Source of the DNA: Cenarchaeum sp.
GTDB taxonomy: Archaea; Thermoproteota; Nitrososphaeria; Nitrososphaerales; Nitrosopumilaceae
Reading direction: 5' to 3'
Assembly (NCBI GenBank): GCA_963693095.2
Contig: OY843768.1
Coordinates: 608,001-672,000, forward strand
DNA length: 64,000 bases
Under the pieces are notes generated by a model, which had not been told where the DNA came from, ran no database searches, and saw nothing but the letters and a program-made list of their open reading frames with translations. Every line of letters starts with the position of its first letter. Position 1 is the first letter of the stretch. Shown piece after piece: positions 61,764-64,000 of the stretch. The position numbers were made by a program, and so were the translations under genes.

Positions 61764-62022
61764 CAATCGGGTTCTGCAGGCTGGTCAGATCTAGTAGTGT
61801 CACACTTTGCCGTGCGGGCGCTGCCGTGACGGCATTGGCAGGCGTCATGGCGGTAGCCGACAACACCAGATCTAAATATCTCATACCATGATCATGTTTT
61901 GTCATTATACCCCCTAACTTTTTGTGATTTTGGGCATTTTTCACACTTTTTCAAGGGGTATTTGATCACTGTTCAAAAACCAAATGATTTTTACTTTTCT
62001 TTATATACTCATTTGGCATTTC

Positions 62023-62030
62023 TTTATAAA
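62023..62030 (+). promoter_or_regulatory. TATA box for the GHKL ATPase gene
   Basis: TTTATAAA 24 nt before TTG 62055, the same spacing seen at other genes in the window. Confidence 0.65.
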
Positions 62031-62054
62031 GAGATAGTGGCCTGACTGGCACGG

Positions 62055-63908
62055 TTGACCCAGCACAAGATTGACGTAACACCGGACAAGAGCCTCATCA
62101 AGAAGCTGGGGAGTGTAGGGTACCGAACCGAGCAGGCCATAGCAGAACTGATTGACAACTCTATCGACGCCCGCCTAGACGGTGCGTTAGAGACGATCGG
62201 GATAGTCTTGGACTTTGCGAAACGAACGATTTCTGTCCGTGACGACGGCGCCGGAATGGATCTGGATGCGCTTAGGAACTCGTGGGTGCTTGGAGCACAC
62301 TCAAAGTCATCAAACTCGAGCCTTGGCATGTTTGGAATTGGCATGAAGAGCGCATGCTCGGCCCTGGGCAAGTCGTTTTCGGTCAGGACAACAACTGCGG
62401 GTTCCAAGGCTGAACTTTACGCAAAATATGATGAAGATGAGTGGCTTGGAAGTTCAGGAGGGTGGGATGACTTTGAGGTTACTGAAACCCCAACTGATGC
62501 AGACACGCACGGAACAGAAGTCGTCGTGTCAAAGATCAATGTTGCGCTTTATCGTGCACAGGCTGCACAATTTCGAAAGCGCTTTGGAATACGCTATGCC
62601 CAGCATATGTTGGATCAACAAATAAAGATCACTGTCAACAGCAAGCCATGCAAACCAATTGAGCCAAATATTGACTATAAAACTCAAGAAAACCTTAACA
62701 TTTCCCTACCTGATGGTAATCGTATCCATGGGTGGATTGCGCTTTTACGTCAATATTCAGTCAAGGGAGATTATGGGTTTAACCTGTATCAAAACAATAG
62801 ACTAATCAGCTCTCACGCCAAATTCGGAATTCGTTACCATCCGGCAGTATCTCGTGTGGTGGGAAATCTGCATTTGGATCATGTTCCAGTAAATGTTCTT
62901 AAAACAGGGTTTTTGCCGGACACAGACGAATATGCGCAATCTCTTAAGGCAATTGAGAACGATCCGACTGTCAAAAAACTCATCAATGAGTCCGAACCTC
63001 ATGAAAAATTTAGTAGTGACTATGCCTCTGTTTTCAGAAATGATGTGCCACCAACAAAAATTCCGCGTATTGGAGATGTGAACGCCTCTCGTTTGCTTCG
63101 CAATATGATCTCTGTGGATGTGCTTGACACTGCGTCTCCTCGTATGGCGCTGGAGGATTGCGACTCTGGAGTGTACCGCATTGAAGGTAGTGGCGACGAA
63201 ACAAAAGTCATTGTTAATCGACAAAGTGCCGTGTTTCGAGCCTTTAAAAATCCGCTGTTTTTGCTGGGAATGCTGCGTCTTGAAGCTCAAACTCTATCCG
63301 GTCATTCTGAAGCACAGCGTCTAATCGCAAAAAGAAACAAAACATGGGAACAGTTTGTGGATTCACACTCTATTAATCGTGATATCAAACGTATAGGATC
63401 CAATGACACATTGCCCAATAATCTTGTGATGCTACGTAGTTCAATTATGAGAGAGCTTTCAAAACGGTTCCAGTTTACGGCTCTCTCGATCTTGTCGCCA
63501 CATCTCATTAACGCATATCGTATATTGCCCTACACAGTATATGTTGCGCGAGGTTACGGCCAACTGTTAAAACATGTTATATCGCAACAGAGTGGTTATC
63601 ACGCAATTTTAAATCCTGGCCCTGGACAGGCACATCCAATACTGGAAGCACTAGATGGCGGGGCACTCATGATAATACGTGAGCGATCTGATGTGCCCAA
63701 GTCAACTGCTGCATCGTATGCCAAAGCTTGGGTTGATCTATTTGTCGAGATACGACACGAGCGTATTGGAGTTTATGAAGAAGAGCTTGAGATGCTGTGG
63801 GATCTTGAAGACCAAAGCTTGCTTACTATGAACCAAGTGCAGTCATATGCGAAACGCCGCAGTGTTGCACAAGAGGTGGCTAAATATACTGGGGATGGCA
63901 CCACGTGA
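62055..63908 (+). CDS. GHKL (HATPase_c_3/MORC-like) ATPase fused to an unassigned C-terminal region, possibly AbiEi-like
   Basis: GY...QAIAELIDNSIDA, DDG.GM, LGMFGIGMKSA, HGT.V, S5-like GFNLYQNNRLI; AT-rich; the C-terminal assignment is tentative. Confidence 0.85.
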   Translation: MTQHKIDVTPDKSLIKKLGSVGYRTEQAIAELIDNSIDARLDGALETIGIVLDFAKRTISVRDDGAGMDLDALRNSWVLGAHSKSSNSSLGMFGIGMKSACSALGKSFSVRTTTAGSKAELYAKYDEDEWLGSSGGWDDFEVTETPTDADTHGTEVVVSKINVALYRAQAAQFRKRFGIRYAQHMLDQQIKITVNSKPCKPIEPNIDYKTQENLNISLPDGNRIHGWIALLRQYSVKGDYGFNLYQNNRLISSHAKFGIRYHPAVSRVVGNLHLDHVPVNVLKTGFLPDTDEYAQSLKAIENDPTVKKLINESEPHEKFSSDYASVFRNDVPPTKIPRIGDVNASRLLRNMISVDVLDTASPRMALEDCDSGVYRIEGSGDETKVIVNRQSAVFRAFKNPLFLLGMLRLEAQTLSGHSEAQRLIAKRNKTWEQFVDSHSINRDIKRIGSNDTLPNNLVMLRSSIMRELSKRFQFTALSILSPHLINAYRILPYTVYVARGYGQLLKHVISQQSGYHAILNPGPGQAHPILEALDGGALMIIRERSDVPKSTAASYAKAWVDLFVEIRHERIGVYEEELEMLWDLEDQSLLTMNQVQSYAKRRSVAQEVAKYTGDGTT

Positions 63909-64000
63909 TTGTTGATGGTCTGACTAGACGTGATCTCAAGTCAAGAGCTAGTAAATTTGGTTTTTCTAATTCAGGCTATCTTGAAAAGTTTATGATGGAT
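63905..64000 (+). CDS. 5' end of a translationally coupled gene, possibly an AbiEii-type nucleotidyltransferase toxin (truncated by the window)
   Basis: GTGA overlap; VIVDGLTRRDLKSRASKFGFSNSGYLEKFMMD is open to the window end. Confidence 0.5.
   Translation, partial: MIVDGLTRRDLKSRASKFGFSNSGYLEKFMMD

Overview
Archaeal chromosomal window, most likely from a GC-rich ammonia-oxidising archaeon (Nitrososphaerota, Nitrosopumilaceae-like). The assignment rests on rps8e-SRP19-Gar1-TFB, aIF-1, Sec61beta, FEN1, PurP, ND-AspRS+GatCAB, Tsr3, an intron-containing tRNA-Ser and TATA boxes about 24 nt before starts. High GC plus a liv transporter would fit a host-associated (e.g. sponge) lineage, which is inference. 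Most of the window is GC-rich housekeeping DNA: translation, purine synthesis, SMC, MetRS, pyrG, ABC transport and ergothioneine genes. Three visibly AT-richer defence islands interrupt it: (1) a multidomain Mrr-type nuclease at 204-2021; (2) an EcoRV-like R-M pair directly after sufC; (3) at the right edge, a GHKL/MORC-type ATPase with a possible AbiEi-like C-terminus, coupled to a truncated ORF resembling an AbiEii toxin. Other oddities are a Gar1 with a ~290-aa R/G/S/D repeat tail, tandem ahcY copies with a catalytic His->Gln in the second, a TFB whose Zn-ribbon is replaced by a basic tail, a frameshifted egtB, an egtD with a possible ACG start, and an IS remnant. All calls come from motif recognition by eye; no database searches were run.
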